Shown here piece after piece: positions 34,042 to 44,505 of a stretch of DNA of 64,000 bases. The translations under genes and the position numbers were made by a program. Source of the stretch: Prasinococcaceae sp. CCMP 1430. Lineage: Eukaryota > Plantae > Prasinodermophyta. Each line of letters opens with the position of its first letter. Position 1 is the stretch's first letter. Under the pieces are notes generated by a model that saw only the letters and a list, made by a program, of their open reading frames with translations, searched no databases and was not told the origin of the DNA. The stretch lies in assembly GCA_013416795.1 (NCBI GenBank), contig RQSC01000012.1, positions 213,885 through 277,884 on the forward strand, written 5' to 3'.

Positions 34042-34940
34042 GGCGCCCCGTCCCGGGTTGTCTGCGCTCTCAGGACTGGTCGGACGGACCGGACCTACTC
34101 GGCGGGCGACCAGCCAGCGCAACGGACCCCGGCTCCCAGCCAGCGCAACGGACCCCGGCTCCGGCGCTGGCACCCCGAGCGCCGGCCGCGTCAACGTCGG
34201 CACACCCGGTAGCGCCCGCGGTTCTCTCACCCTCCCTGCCGCGCCCGCGCGCGCGGCGGCGCGGGCCCGCGAATTCCGCGGCGGCGCGAGGCGAAGGAGA
34301 CGAGAATGCGGACGGGGAGGGGGGCGGAGGGGGGGCCGTGGGAGCGCGCCGCAGTGCGCGCCGCGCGCGCGCACTGTGCCCGTCCGCGCGGGGTGCCGCT
34401 TCGGCTGCACCGCTGACGCGCGCCGGCCTGCCGAAGTGTCCCGGCTTTTGATACATACATACCAGATATTTCGACCTAAACCGGGTATATTTCCGCATTT
34501 AACCCGAAACTCCACCCTTTTGACCGGGGTCAGGCCGTTTTTCTCGTTTTGTTTGGACTTCCGGCGCGAGCTTCCGATGGCGACCGGGATCGCCCCCACC
34601 CAGCCAAAACCTCACCCCCAATGCAGCATGCAGACTACTGTGCGTCCACCTAGCGTGGCGGAGGTCGCCCTGCCGGCGGTCCGCGGCTCGCACGCAGAAG
34701 CGAGGATGCGGGCGCTAGCTACAGAGACTCTAGGTAGGCTGGCGTTCGAGAAGAGGGCCCGTCACTGAAACAGTTCCAACTGCGCGATTAAGAATTCGTG
34801 TACTATCTTCGGGTGTACGTAGAGAGCGCGAGCGCGTGTTGTGGAGTAGGGAGATCTGCTACCGCCCTGATCGTGCATGAGGGCAGGGACCAAAGCAGCT
34901 GCAGTAAATTCTCTTTCGAGTCGCAGCCTGCGTTCACACG

Positions 34941-37142
34941 CTAGTTCTGGGCGTTGACGGCCTGGCGGAACGCCGCGGTGAGCGCACCGCTGATGACGGC
35001 GGCCAGAGGCACCGTGAGCACCCACGCGGCGGCGATCTTGGCGAACAGGCCCCACGCCACGTGGCGCGGGCCGAAGGCAGCGCAGCCGACGAACACGACG
35101 GCACCCACCTGGCAGTGCGTCGTCGAGACTGGCAGACCCAGGATGGTGGCGATCACCACGCTCAGCGTGCTGCCGAACTCCACGCAGTAGCCGCGCTGGA
35201 AGTTGATGTCGGTGAGCTTGAAGCCGATCGTGGTGATGACGCGGTAGCCCAGGATGCAGATGCCGAGCGCGACGAAGAAGCCGGCGATTGCCATGATCCA
35301 CACGGGCGTCTCGCCCTTCGAGCAGGCGTTGAGGCCATCCGCAAAGATGGTGTACACGCCGGTGAAGGCGCCGGTGGCGTTGCCAGTGTCGTTGGCGCCG
35401 TGCGCGTAGCTCTCCCAGGCGGCGGTGAACACCAGCAGCCAAGAGAAGGTCCACAGGGCATCCTCGGACTCCTCGTCGGCGGTGCGCAGGGCGTGGGGCG
35501 TCACGGTGCGCACCACGCCGCCGATCAGGTCGGCCTTCGCCGCCTTGTTGCGCTCCTTGTCCAGGGGGTTCTTCAGCGTGTCGAGGGCGAGCTTCTGCTC
35601 GGCGACCGTCTCTTTATCGATGTTGGCCTCGCGCTGCGCCAGCAGGCCGGACGGCGTCTCGGAGGGCTTGGCGTCGGTGTCGCTGCCCGCAGACGAGGAG
35701 GCCTCGTCACTGCCCGGTACCGCCGACTCATCGTCTCCGGAGGACGCGTCCGCGTCGCCGTTCATCGTGACCTGGGAGGGCTTCTTGAGCGCGTCGTCGC
35801 CATTCACGCTCTTGGCCGCGCCGTCGGTGGAGGCCTTAGAGGCGAGCCTCTCGAACTTCGCGTCAGCGTCGTCCACGCCGTTGCAGCGGCCGCCGCACGT
35901 GAGCGCGTGGCCCAGCGCGCTGAAGAGGCGCCCAAGCAGGTGGATCGGCACGCAGCAGAACGAGGGGCAGGTGCGCTCCAGCGCCGCGCCCCAGCGGGTG
36001 AAGATGGCGCCGAAGTCGATGAAGGGCTCGTTGCGAAGCAGCGTCCAGTCGATCACGCGCCAGACGACGCCCGCGACCCCCGTGGGGTCCGGCTTCTCCT
36101 CCTCCTTGCCGCCTCCTTCGAGGGCGCGCAGCCGCTTGTTGCTGGGAAGGTGGTAGCGCAGGAAGGGCCGCCAGAAGACCAAGGCGAAAATGAAGACGCC
36201 CCCCGCGATGGCCATCGCGATGCCCGCCTGCAGGGAGAGCTCCCAGCCCTTGGTGGGCTTGCTCTTGAGCAGAATGAGGAAGACGAGCACGAAAGTCTGG
36301 ATGAAGATGAGGATCGGCTGCCCCCAGAGCGCGTTGGTGCGGCGGTTGGGCAGCCGCAGCCAGCGCATCAGAGCGCAGGGCTCGAGGATGGTGTAGTAGG
36401 TCACGTAGTACGCGCCCATGGCGATGAGGCCGCTGACCACCGGACTGATGACCCACGAAGCGATGATGCCGCTCAGGCCGCCGTCGAACTTCCACTCCAG
36501 GCAGCCGAATCCGACTCCTGAGACGGTGGAGCCGACCACTGCGCCGATGATGGCGTGCGTCGTCGACACGGGCATCGCGGTCGCGGTCGCGAGAAGCAGG
36601 AAGATCGCGGCGCTGAAGAGCGCGCTCATCATGCCGATCATGAAGACGGTCATGTGGCTGTCGCAGAAGCCACACGCGAAGCATTGTGGATCGGTCACCT
36701 TCGCTGTGCCTTTGGTGACGGTCTTGGCGACGCCGTAGCCCAGCGAGAGCGCGCCGGCCCACTCCATGATGCCGCCCAGAATGAGTGCGGCGCGAAGGGG
36801 GAGGGCGCCGCTGCCCACGGACGTGGCCCAAGAGTTGGCCGCGTCGTTGGCGCCGATGAAGAAGGCCATGATGATACCAACAGTCGCCGAGAGGCCGAGA
36901 ACCCACTGGAGGTCACCGGGGAGCGTGTAGTACCCATTGTAGGGTGCGCAGAATTCCTCTTCGAAGGCATCGGGGTTGTCGCAGTCCACTCTGCCCGGCA
37001 CGCACTCCGCCTGCGTCTGCAGCAGCGCGCGCCCGCTCGCCGCGGAGAGGAAACCCGGCTCCACGTCCGCGACGGCCGAGGCGGCGTGGGGCGCCTTTGC
37101 GTCCGCAGTGTGTGTTTTCTCAATGTTTGTGTTTGTTAACAA
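34941..37142 (-). CDS. PHO4/PiT (SLC20) phosphate transporter, algal PTB-like; 5' exon uncertain
   Basis: IGANDAANSWATSVGSG, MPVSTTHAIIG, AHGANDTGNA, GLPVSTTHCQVG; large central hydrophilic loop. Confidence 0.92.
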   Translation of the reverse strand: MLTNTNIEKTHTADAKAPHAASAVADVEPGFLSAASGRALLQTQAECVPGRVDCDNPDAFEEEFCAPYNGYYTLPGDLQWVLGLSATVGIIMAFFIGANDAANSWATSVGSGALPLRAALILGGIMEWAGALSLGYGVAKTVTKGTAKVTDPQCFACGFCDSHMTVFMIGMMSALFSAAIFLLLATATAMPVSTTHAIIGAVVGSTVSGVGFGCLEWKFDGGLSGIIASWVISPVVSGLIAMGAYYVTYYTILEPCALMRWLRLPNRRTNALWGQPILIFIQTFVLVFLILLKSKPTKGWELSLQAGIAMAIAGGVFIFALVFWRPFLRYHLPSNKRLRALEGGGKEEEKPDPTGVAGVVWRVIDWTLLRNEPFIDFGAIFTRWGAALERTCPSFCCVPIHLLGRLFSALGHALTCGGRCNGVDDADAKFERLASKASTDGAAKSVNGDDALKKPSQVTMNGDADASSGDDESAVPGSDEASSSAGSDTDAKPSETPSGLLAQREANIDKETVAEQKLALDTLKNPLDKERNKAAKADLIGGVVRTVTPHALRTADEESEDALWTFSWLLVFTAAWESYAHGANDTGNATGAFTGVYTIFADGLNACSKGETPVWIMAIAGFFVALGICILGYRVITTIGFKLTDINFQRGYCVEFGSTLSVVIATILGLPVSTTHCQVGAVVFVGCAAFGPRHVAWGLFAKIAAAWVLTVPLAAVISGALTAAFRQAVNAQN

Positions 37143-38281
37143 AGGGGAACTGAATCAGATGGTGGCTGTTGGCGAACGCGTTCAAATTCGCGGTTCGCCG
37201 CACCACACAGGGCGCGGCGCGGCGCAGGGCGGTGGGGTGGGGTGGGGTGGGGTGGAGCGCACTCACTCCGCGGGCATCCCAGGCGCGCGGGAAGTTCAGG
37301 GACGGCTCGGCGCTCTGAAGCCGGTGTCGCTGACCGTCACGAACGACTCGGCGGCGCGTACGCGCGCGCGCGCTCGGCCGCGCGCGCGGGCGTGGCACCA
37401 AAGTATGTGGCGTGCGAGGGGCACGCACGTCGGGCCGTGCCGACGCGCGGGCATGGAAGTGCTGCACGTAGACACAAATCTCGCCCCGAAAACCCGCATG
37501 TATTAATTTAAATGCATGATATTTGATCGGGCAACAATGCCACCAACCTGTCGATGGCGGCGTTCAATCATGGAATGCCAGCGAAGGGCTTGCGTGGCGG
37601 CGGCGAGATTCCCCGAAGATGCTCCGCGCGGTGGGGTTGCTGGGCGCAGGACGGTGCCAGCGCAAACACGCGCCACGACTGCGACACGCCACCGACGAGA
37701 TCGTCCCCGAATGGGCACGGCCCAGCGGCGTCTCCCTCCGAGCCCCGCGCAGGTCGCGCTCGCGCCGAAGGGACACGCTCCCGCCGATCGATGGAGGCGC
37801 GGTGTGCGGCGACGGAGCGCTCCCTGCACGGTCGCGGGGCACAGATTGGCCTACGCCAAGGCTCCTGGCGCAGAGTCGACCAAGTGGGTGCCCCGTACCG
37901 AGAAGGCGAGCGCCCACGGCACGCCCGCACGCGCGCGCACGCGATCGCCGCACAAACCCAAACACCAACGCGATGTTTCGGGGTAGGGTTAACAAAAAGA
38001 GAATGATATGACGAACCCTGTGCAGATGGAATACCCCAAATGGTAAGGGTTGCGGCGCGCGATGTGCGGCCGGTGACGGTGGGGGCGCTGGGACCAGTCG
38101 GCGCGCGAGGGGTGGTGCGCACCAGTCGGTGGGGGCAATGGGGCTGGGCGGCGTGCTCGCGAGGGCGCGCGCGGCGGCGCGCGCGNTCGCCGGTGACGCG
38201 AGCAGGACACGCACATCTGGCACGACTGGCGTCAAAGAGAGCCCCACGTTGGTCGAACCGCCGTCGTCGATTGCCAGGTCC

Positions 38282-39553
38282 ATGCCAGTCGCTGTTCGCG
38301 CGGCAGAGGAGGCGCAGTCGCGCTCGGCCGCGCTGCTTCAGGCGCAGCGCGGCGATTTGTACGGCGCGCAGTGGTCCGGCCGTGGTCAAGATGCGGGCGG
38401 GTCTTTCAGACGGCGCGTGGCAGCTGAGACATTTGCGTTCGGCGGTGCATCCGCTTCGGTGACTGAGGATCTCCAGTGGAGACAGGGGGGGCATCAGCAT
38501 GCGCTCCGCACGGTGCACGAGCAGCAGCGCGACTCATTGCGCGAGGCCGTCACCGCGCTCGCGCTCGGCGCGGCGCCGGGCGGTGCGCAGAGCCCACAGG
38601 CGGAGCCCGGCCTGATGATCGTCACCGGGGGCAGGGAGGGCGGGCTCAAGCTGTGGCGCTGGGCGCGAGGCGGCGACGGCCAAAGCGTGGTCGACGCGGA
38701 CGCCGCCGCAGGAGAGGCCGCGCCGCGGGCTGTGCCAGACGCGGGCGAGCTGGGCGCGGTCGGTGCGCTCCTCGGAGGGGGATCGACGACTGCGGCGAGC
38801 GCCCCAGAGCTCGAGCTGCTGGGCTACGCGCACCACCCCGACGTGGTCGCCGCCGTGGCAATAGACGAAGAGGAGCAGAGTGCGGGCGGGGACGTGAATG
38901 TCTGGACGTGCTGCGTCGACGGCCGCGTGCGCCTCTGGCGTGCGAGTACGGGCGCGACGTCGCTCGGCGGCGGGATGGAGCTGATGGCGAGCACGGACGT
39001 GGGCGCACCCGCTCTTTGCCTGGCGATGCTTCCGCGCGGCGCGCCCGGGATGGGCGGCGCGGTGGCTGTGGCCGGCCTCGCCGGCGGCCGCTGCGTGCTG
39101 CTCGACGCCAGGGGCAACCTCGTGGGCGAGGGATTCGGGGGAGAAGAGTCATCCGATGACATTCGCTCGGTGGCGGTTGCCGTGGGCGGATTCTCGCTGG
39201 GGTTGGAGGGGGAGGACGAGGAGCTCGCGATAGTGACGGGCAACTCGAAGGGTGGCATTGACGGATGGAGAGCGGCCGACACTCAGCCAGCCGGCGGCGG
39301 TGCCATGGTCCTCGCGCGCCAGCTGCGCGGCCACGCTGGCCCAGTGGTGAGCCTGTCCTTCTCGACCGAGGCGGGCACGCTGGTGTCGGGCGCTCTCGAC
39401 GGCACGATCCGCGTGTGGGACGCGAAGGCCGGCAGCGCGCTGTACGCCATCATGGGCCACACCGCATATTTGACCACGGTTGCCACCGATGCTGACAGGA
39501 TCGTGGCCGACGGCTCCAACGACGTCATCGTGCTCCACTCCTTCGAGAGCTAG
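38282..39553 (+). CDS. WD40-repeat protein (5' end near N at 38186 uncertain)
   Basis: TGGREGGLKLW, CCVDGRVRLW, LRGHAGPVVSL..LVSGALDGTIRVWD, GHTAYL. Confidence 0.8.
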   Translation: MPVAVRAAEEAQSRSAALLQAQRGDLYGAQWSGRGQDAGGSFRRRVAAETFAFGGASASVTEDLQWRQGGHQHALRTVHEQQRDSLREAVTALALGAAPGGAQSPQAEPGLMIVTGGREGGLKLWRWARGGDGQSVVDADAAAGEAAPRAVPDAGELGAVGALLGGGSTTAASAPELELLGYAHHPDVVAAVAIDEEEQSAGGDVNVWTCCVDGRVRLWRASTGATSLGGGMELMASTDVGAPALCLAMLPRGAPGMGGAVAVAGLAGGRCVLLDARGNLVGEGFGGEESSDDIRSVAVAVGGFSLGLEGEDEELAIVTGNSKGGIDGWRAADTQPAGGGAMVLARQLRGHAGPVVSLSFSTEAGTLVSGALDGTIRVWDAKAGSALYAIMGHTAYLTTVATDADRIVADGSNDVIVLHSFES

Positions 39554-39763
39554 CCGGGCGCGTCGCAAATGCACATGCATGTGTTCATCTGTGTGTGTCG
39601 CACACATTTGTTTGTAATGATGGCGAGTATGACGCCGCCGCGCGTCTCACGAAGGCGTCGATTCTACTTAACTGCTGTCCGTTCGAGCGCGAGCGCGCAA
39701 AACGAACGCCTCCGCAGCGCCGCCCCCACAGCGCGCGGCGCCGCGGCGCCGCGGAGGCGGGCG

Positions 39764-42700
39764 ATGCCGCCGGGGGGGGGCGGCGCCCGCGGCTGCGCTG
39801 CGAGCTCGTTGCGGCGGCCTCGGGGGCGCGCCACGCCACCTGTGCGCGGCTTCTCCCGGCGGGCGGCGCGAGCTCACCCGGCGGCGGCGCCTCAGCCGTC
39901 GCTGTCGCGCGCGACTGGGGGCTCGAGCTGCTCGACGGCGACGCCAATACGCTTTGGAGCGAGCAGTTCAGCGAGAGCATCGTCTCCATCGTGGCCCTAC
40001 CTGGCCCATCCGAAAGCGGCGCGGAGGCAGCCCATGCGCAGGACGCGCTGCTCGTCTTGCTCGCAGGCGGCGGCAGTGTCGTGCTGTGGTTCGAGCTGCG
40101 CCCCGATGGCGCCATCCTTGGCCGCCAGATAGCATCGACGCCGCCGGTGACTGACGTCGACGTCGCTTCACGAGCGTCGGCCACTGGGGTACGCACGGTC
40201 ACCTCGGAGGCGTACGAGGTCGGTGGCGGTGGAAGCGGGGACTGGATTGTCGCCGCGACCGCGCCCGGAAGGACGACTCGCGATCCTAGCGCGCTGACCC
40301 TCGTGCGAGCGGTGTGGTCGGACGGCACCACGAGCGCCGCGAGTGCCCCCGCCCTGCGCATCCACGCAGAGTGCGCGTGCGTGCGGCTGGCGCACGCGCT
40401 ATCTCTGCCAGGAGATTGCCAGATACGCGTGCATGCGCTGCACTTCCTCAGCTCGGTGCCCGGCTCGGACAGGCCCGACTGTGCTGGACAGCATCAATTG
40501 AGCGTCCTCTACACGCCCCTCATAGACGCTGGAGCCAGGCACTTGGCCGCGACCGCCCTTGCGCTCCCGCCGCGTGGCGTCAGTGGCGCCGCGCTGCGCC
40601 CTGGCGGATGGACTCTCGAGCATGTGAACCCGACCACCTCGCTGGCGGTGGCCTCGCTCGATGGGCGCAAGGATGGAGTGACCTTGATCAGCTCTGAGGA
40701 TGCCATGTTGCTCCCCGAGAGGCAGGGGACGTTGCGCTTCGGAGAGCACGACGCGCTCCGAGGCGTGCCACTCGCGGCGGCGTTGCTGCCGGCCGATGGC
40801 GCACACTGTCGTGCGTGCGCAATCGCAGACGCCGCGGGAGGCTTGCACGTGCTAGAGGCACAATGCTCCGCGCCGGAAAGTGCCGCTACAAGCGGCAGGG
40901 CGAGCCTGGAAGTCGAGCTCTCTCTCACGCGCGTGAACCTGCCAGCACCATTGCCGCGCGCCAGTGCGATGGCCGCGATGCCGTTGGCCCCGCGCGATAT
41001 CGAAACGCGTGCGGCGAGGGCGGCGCTGGTGTTGTGCAGCGACGTCGGCCCCACTTTGGCCATCCGTTTGGAACGAAGCGCAGGAGGAGGCAAGTGGATC
41101 GCTGCTGCAGCGGATGGACCGTGGGGAAGCCCGCTGCACGAGCTGGGTCCATCCATCGCCGCACCATGCACGCCGGTGGGCGTGCCCGGTCCAGTTGGAG
41201 GTGAGCGACAGCTCGTGGTGCTGTCTGGTCACCATCCCCGCACGGCACTCGGGCGCGCGTTCCTGGGGTGTGCGCTGAGTACACGCGCGATCGCCGCGCC
41301 CGAGGACGTGACAGGCGGAGCGCCTGCGCGCGAGCTGCTGTGGGTACCAGACGCGCCGGCAGCGATGCGCTCTGCTTCGGACCAAACCAGCGGCTATCTG
41401 CTGTGCTCCATGGACGGCTCGCAGCCCAGCACGCATGCACTGCGCCTCGGCACGCGCGACGGTGAGAGCGGCGAGGCCGCGCAGCCACACTGGGCGCAAT
41501 TGCCAGGATTGAAGGAAGATGAGGGCACGCTGGCAGCCGCGCGGGTAGACAGCGCCTGCTGGGTGCAGGTGACGCAGTCGTGCGCTGCAGCCGTGGTGGC
41601 GGATGGCGTGCGCAGGGAGTGGGCGGCAGACGGCGATGCCCTCCTGCAGATGGCCGACGCGAAGGGCAGCGCTCTTGTGGCAGCGTCGCGCTCCAAGCTG
41701 TACGCTCTCGAGTGTCTCGAAGAGACTGCTTCGAGCGCGCGAGAGGTCCAGCAATCGCGGGCGTGTGAGCTCGGGGGCGGCGAGCTGTGCGCGCTGGCAC
41801 TATGCGAGTGGCGGCGTGCGCAGTACGTCGTGCTGAGCGCGGGCTGGCAGGATCGTACCGTGCGAGTACGCTCATGGCCAGCGCTCACCGAGCTCTGCAC
41901 GTTCGACTGCGGCGCCCATGCGGCAGCGTGTGGCCTTGGTGCGCCCTCGGCGGCCCTCGCCGCACCGATTCCTCGCTCGCTGGCACTCGCGCGCGGTGTC
42001 TTGTTGGTCGGCACCGCGGACGGCCGTGTGATTGCTGCCTCAACGAAGGATGAGGCGTCTGAGTTCGAGTTGGTGTGCGACGACGGCGACGCTGACAGCA
42101 CCGGACCCCCTGAAGGCGCCATTGCCAGCGTCTGCATCTTCACCGTCGGGCATGGCGAGGCGCGCGTGTACCCCATGCAGGGTGGCAGCGGAGACGGCAA
42201 AACGCCCGCTGATCCAGGGATGCAGCCTTTAGCGGCGGTGGCGTGCGACTCCAGCGCTGTGCTGCACATCAGCAGCGGTGGCACGCTGTCGGTGATGCGC
42301 CTAGCATGCCTCGATGTTGACGCGCACCTCGACGTCGCTACGGGAGGTAGCGAAGGGCACAGCGCATCTCGAAAACACATCGGCGAGGCCGACCGCCTGC
42401 GCGGAGTCTGCTGGGCCACGCATGCCCTCGCGTTTACGGGGCAGTACGCTGCACGTGGCGAAGCGGGCGGTGGCGAGGACGCTGCCGTCCTCGCCGACTC
42501 GCCAGAGGTCGCATGGATCGATGCAGACGGCGCCGTGCGCATCGGCACTTGCGACACCTCTCGCCGCCTACGATTGATATCCCGCACCCTGCTGGGCGGT
42601 GGGTCGCCTGCAGGCGTATCCGGCCATTGCCTGACCCACCTGGAGCAGAGTAGGCTCGTCGCTGCGGTGCTCGAAAGCCCATCGGGCCGTCACAGTCGAC

Positions 42701-44409
42701 TCTTGCTCGCACACGACGTGAACCTCGAGGATGTGCTCGAGGTGCCCTTGGAAGGCGATCACAGGCCAACAGCGGTGAGCTCAGCTATGCTGCCGGTGGC
42801 CGCGACCGTTTCGGTTAAAGGTCAGGATGGTCCTCGCGGTGACGCCGTTCCCGTCAAATCAGTCGTCGCGGGCGAGCTGAAGGAGTTCCTGCTGATCGCA
42901 AGCACCACGTTGCGCCCTGTGCCTGGCGCGCCTGCCGACGACGAGTTCGCGCCGACGTATTGCCAAGGTCTGCTGACCGTCATGGAGGTGGCTGCAGTGC
43001 GCGACCATGCCAACGCTAAGGACACCATACGCGCGATCGTGCACGGCACCATCGAGCTCGACTCGGTGCCCTTTGCTATGCGCTCAATCGGCAGAATGGA
43101 CTGCATCGGCGCTGCCACGGACGCTCAGAAGGACATCGCCAATGCACACGCCGCACCACACTGTGCCGTGTGCGCAGATGAGGCAGAGCTATCGCACTTG
43201 CCTACAGCAGACGAAGGCGGCCTCGTCGTAGTTGGCACGTCGAGCGGCGTAGAACTCGTGCGAATCATGGTGGATACCACCGGCGCGGCGTCACTCGCAG
43301 TGCTCTCGCAAAGCATCGCTGCTGTCGCCAACCTCGCGGGCGAAGCCGAGGACGCGCGCAGCAGCGCTGCGACAGACGCATCCACGCGGTCAAAACCGTG
43401 CGAAAAACACGCTCCGTCGGTCGCGCCTGCAACATGGCTAGGCAGGGTCTCGTACGAGCGCCTCGGGCGTGAGCGCAGTTGCGAGGCGGGCGCACCAATC
43501 TATGCGCTGAGTGAACCGACCGCCGCGCCTGGCAGGGCGCCCATCGTCGTTGCGAGGGAGGCCCTTGGTGGTGCCTTGTCTGTGCTGCGCATCAGCGGTG
43601 GGCGAAGGCCGGCCAGCGTGCTGGACGGCAGCTGCGGGGACGGCGTGGGTCTCACGCCCCCGCGCGCGAGCGCGTGCCCGCTCAGGCGCATGTGCATCGA
43701 AGGGCAGGACTCAGCATCCCATGACGGAGCGACCAAGTGGTCCTCGCGTGCGGGTATCGCTCTGCCAGCAGACGGCGCCCGGTACGTGCTTTCAGTGGGC
43801 GGCCGCGCGCCTCACGTGGCCACGCTTCTGGTGCGCGACCTCGAGGCCGAGCACGAACACGAGCAGGTCGAGGCCATGGAGGCCCTGCGAGCCTTCGAGT
43901 CATTCGCCGCGCCGCAGAACGACAACAATGTGCGTAGCGCGGCGCGGTTTCACCCCAGAGCGCTGAGAGCGACGCCGGCGACATGAGCGCTTGGTGCGCC
44001 TTCACTGCCAACGCGGCGTGCGCAGACACGCTGACGATCGCGCCGCCACTCACGCGCGCAGAATAATGCGAACATGTGGGACGCCGAGGACGACGCGCAG
44101 GACGCCGCTGCAGTGGCTGCCGAGGTCGCCGCGGCGGCCGCAGCTGCTGGCATCGAGGGTGCCGTTCCCGCCGTTCCCGTCGGTCACGTGCAGGCGAAGC
44201 GCCCACTACCCGAGGCGGTGGCCACGTGCGTGCTCGAGCTTCCTATGCGCGTCGCCGCGATTGTCGGTGGCCGACTGGGGATGCCCCCGGCTGCATACGC
44301 GGGCGCCCGCGGCCAGAGTGCACAGGCAGGCTCCGCCGAGGCGTATGTTCTCGGGTCCCTCGGAGAGGTCGCGCGCGTGTCTTTCGACGACATGCTATTC
44401 CCACGATAA
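39764..44409 (+). CDS. Divergent DDB1/MMS1/SF3B3-family beta-propeller protein; probable frameshift at G9 (39772-39780); intron 43930-44061
   Basis: DDB1-like segments in DDB1 order: LPGLKEDEGTL..VQVT, GWQDRTVRVRSWPAL, IPRSL..LLVGTADGRV, VRIGTCDTSRRLRL; spliced last exon RVAAIVGGRL..LGSLGEV. Confidence 0.65.
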
Positions 44410-44505
44410 TCAACAATCGCAGGACCTTACGGTGCTTGAGTCGGCAGGCGAGCGCGCGTGTGCGCACGGCGAGGCATTCTTGCGTGTCCGCGCGTGAATG
44501 GGCGC

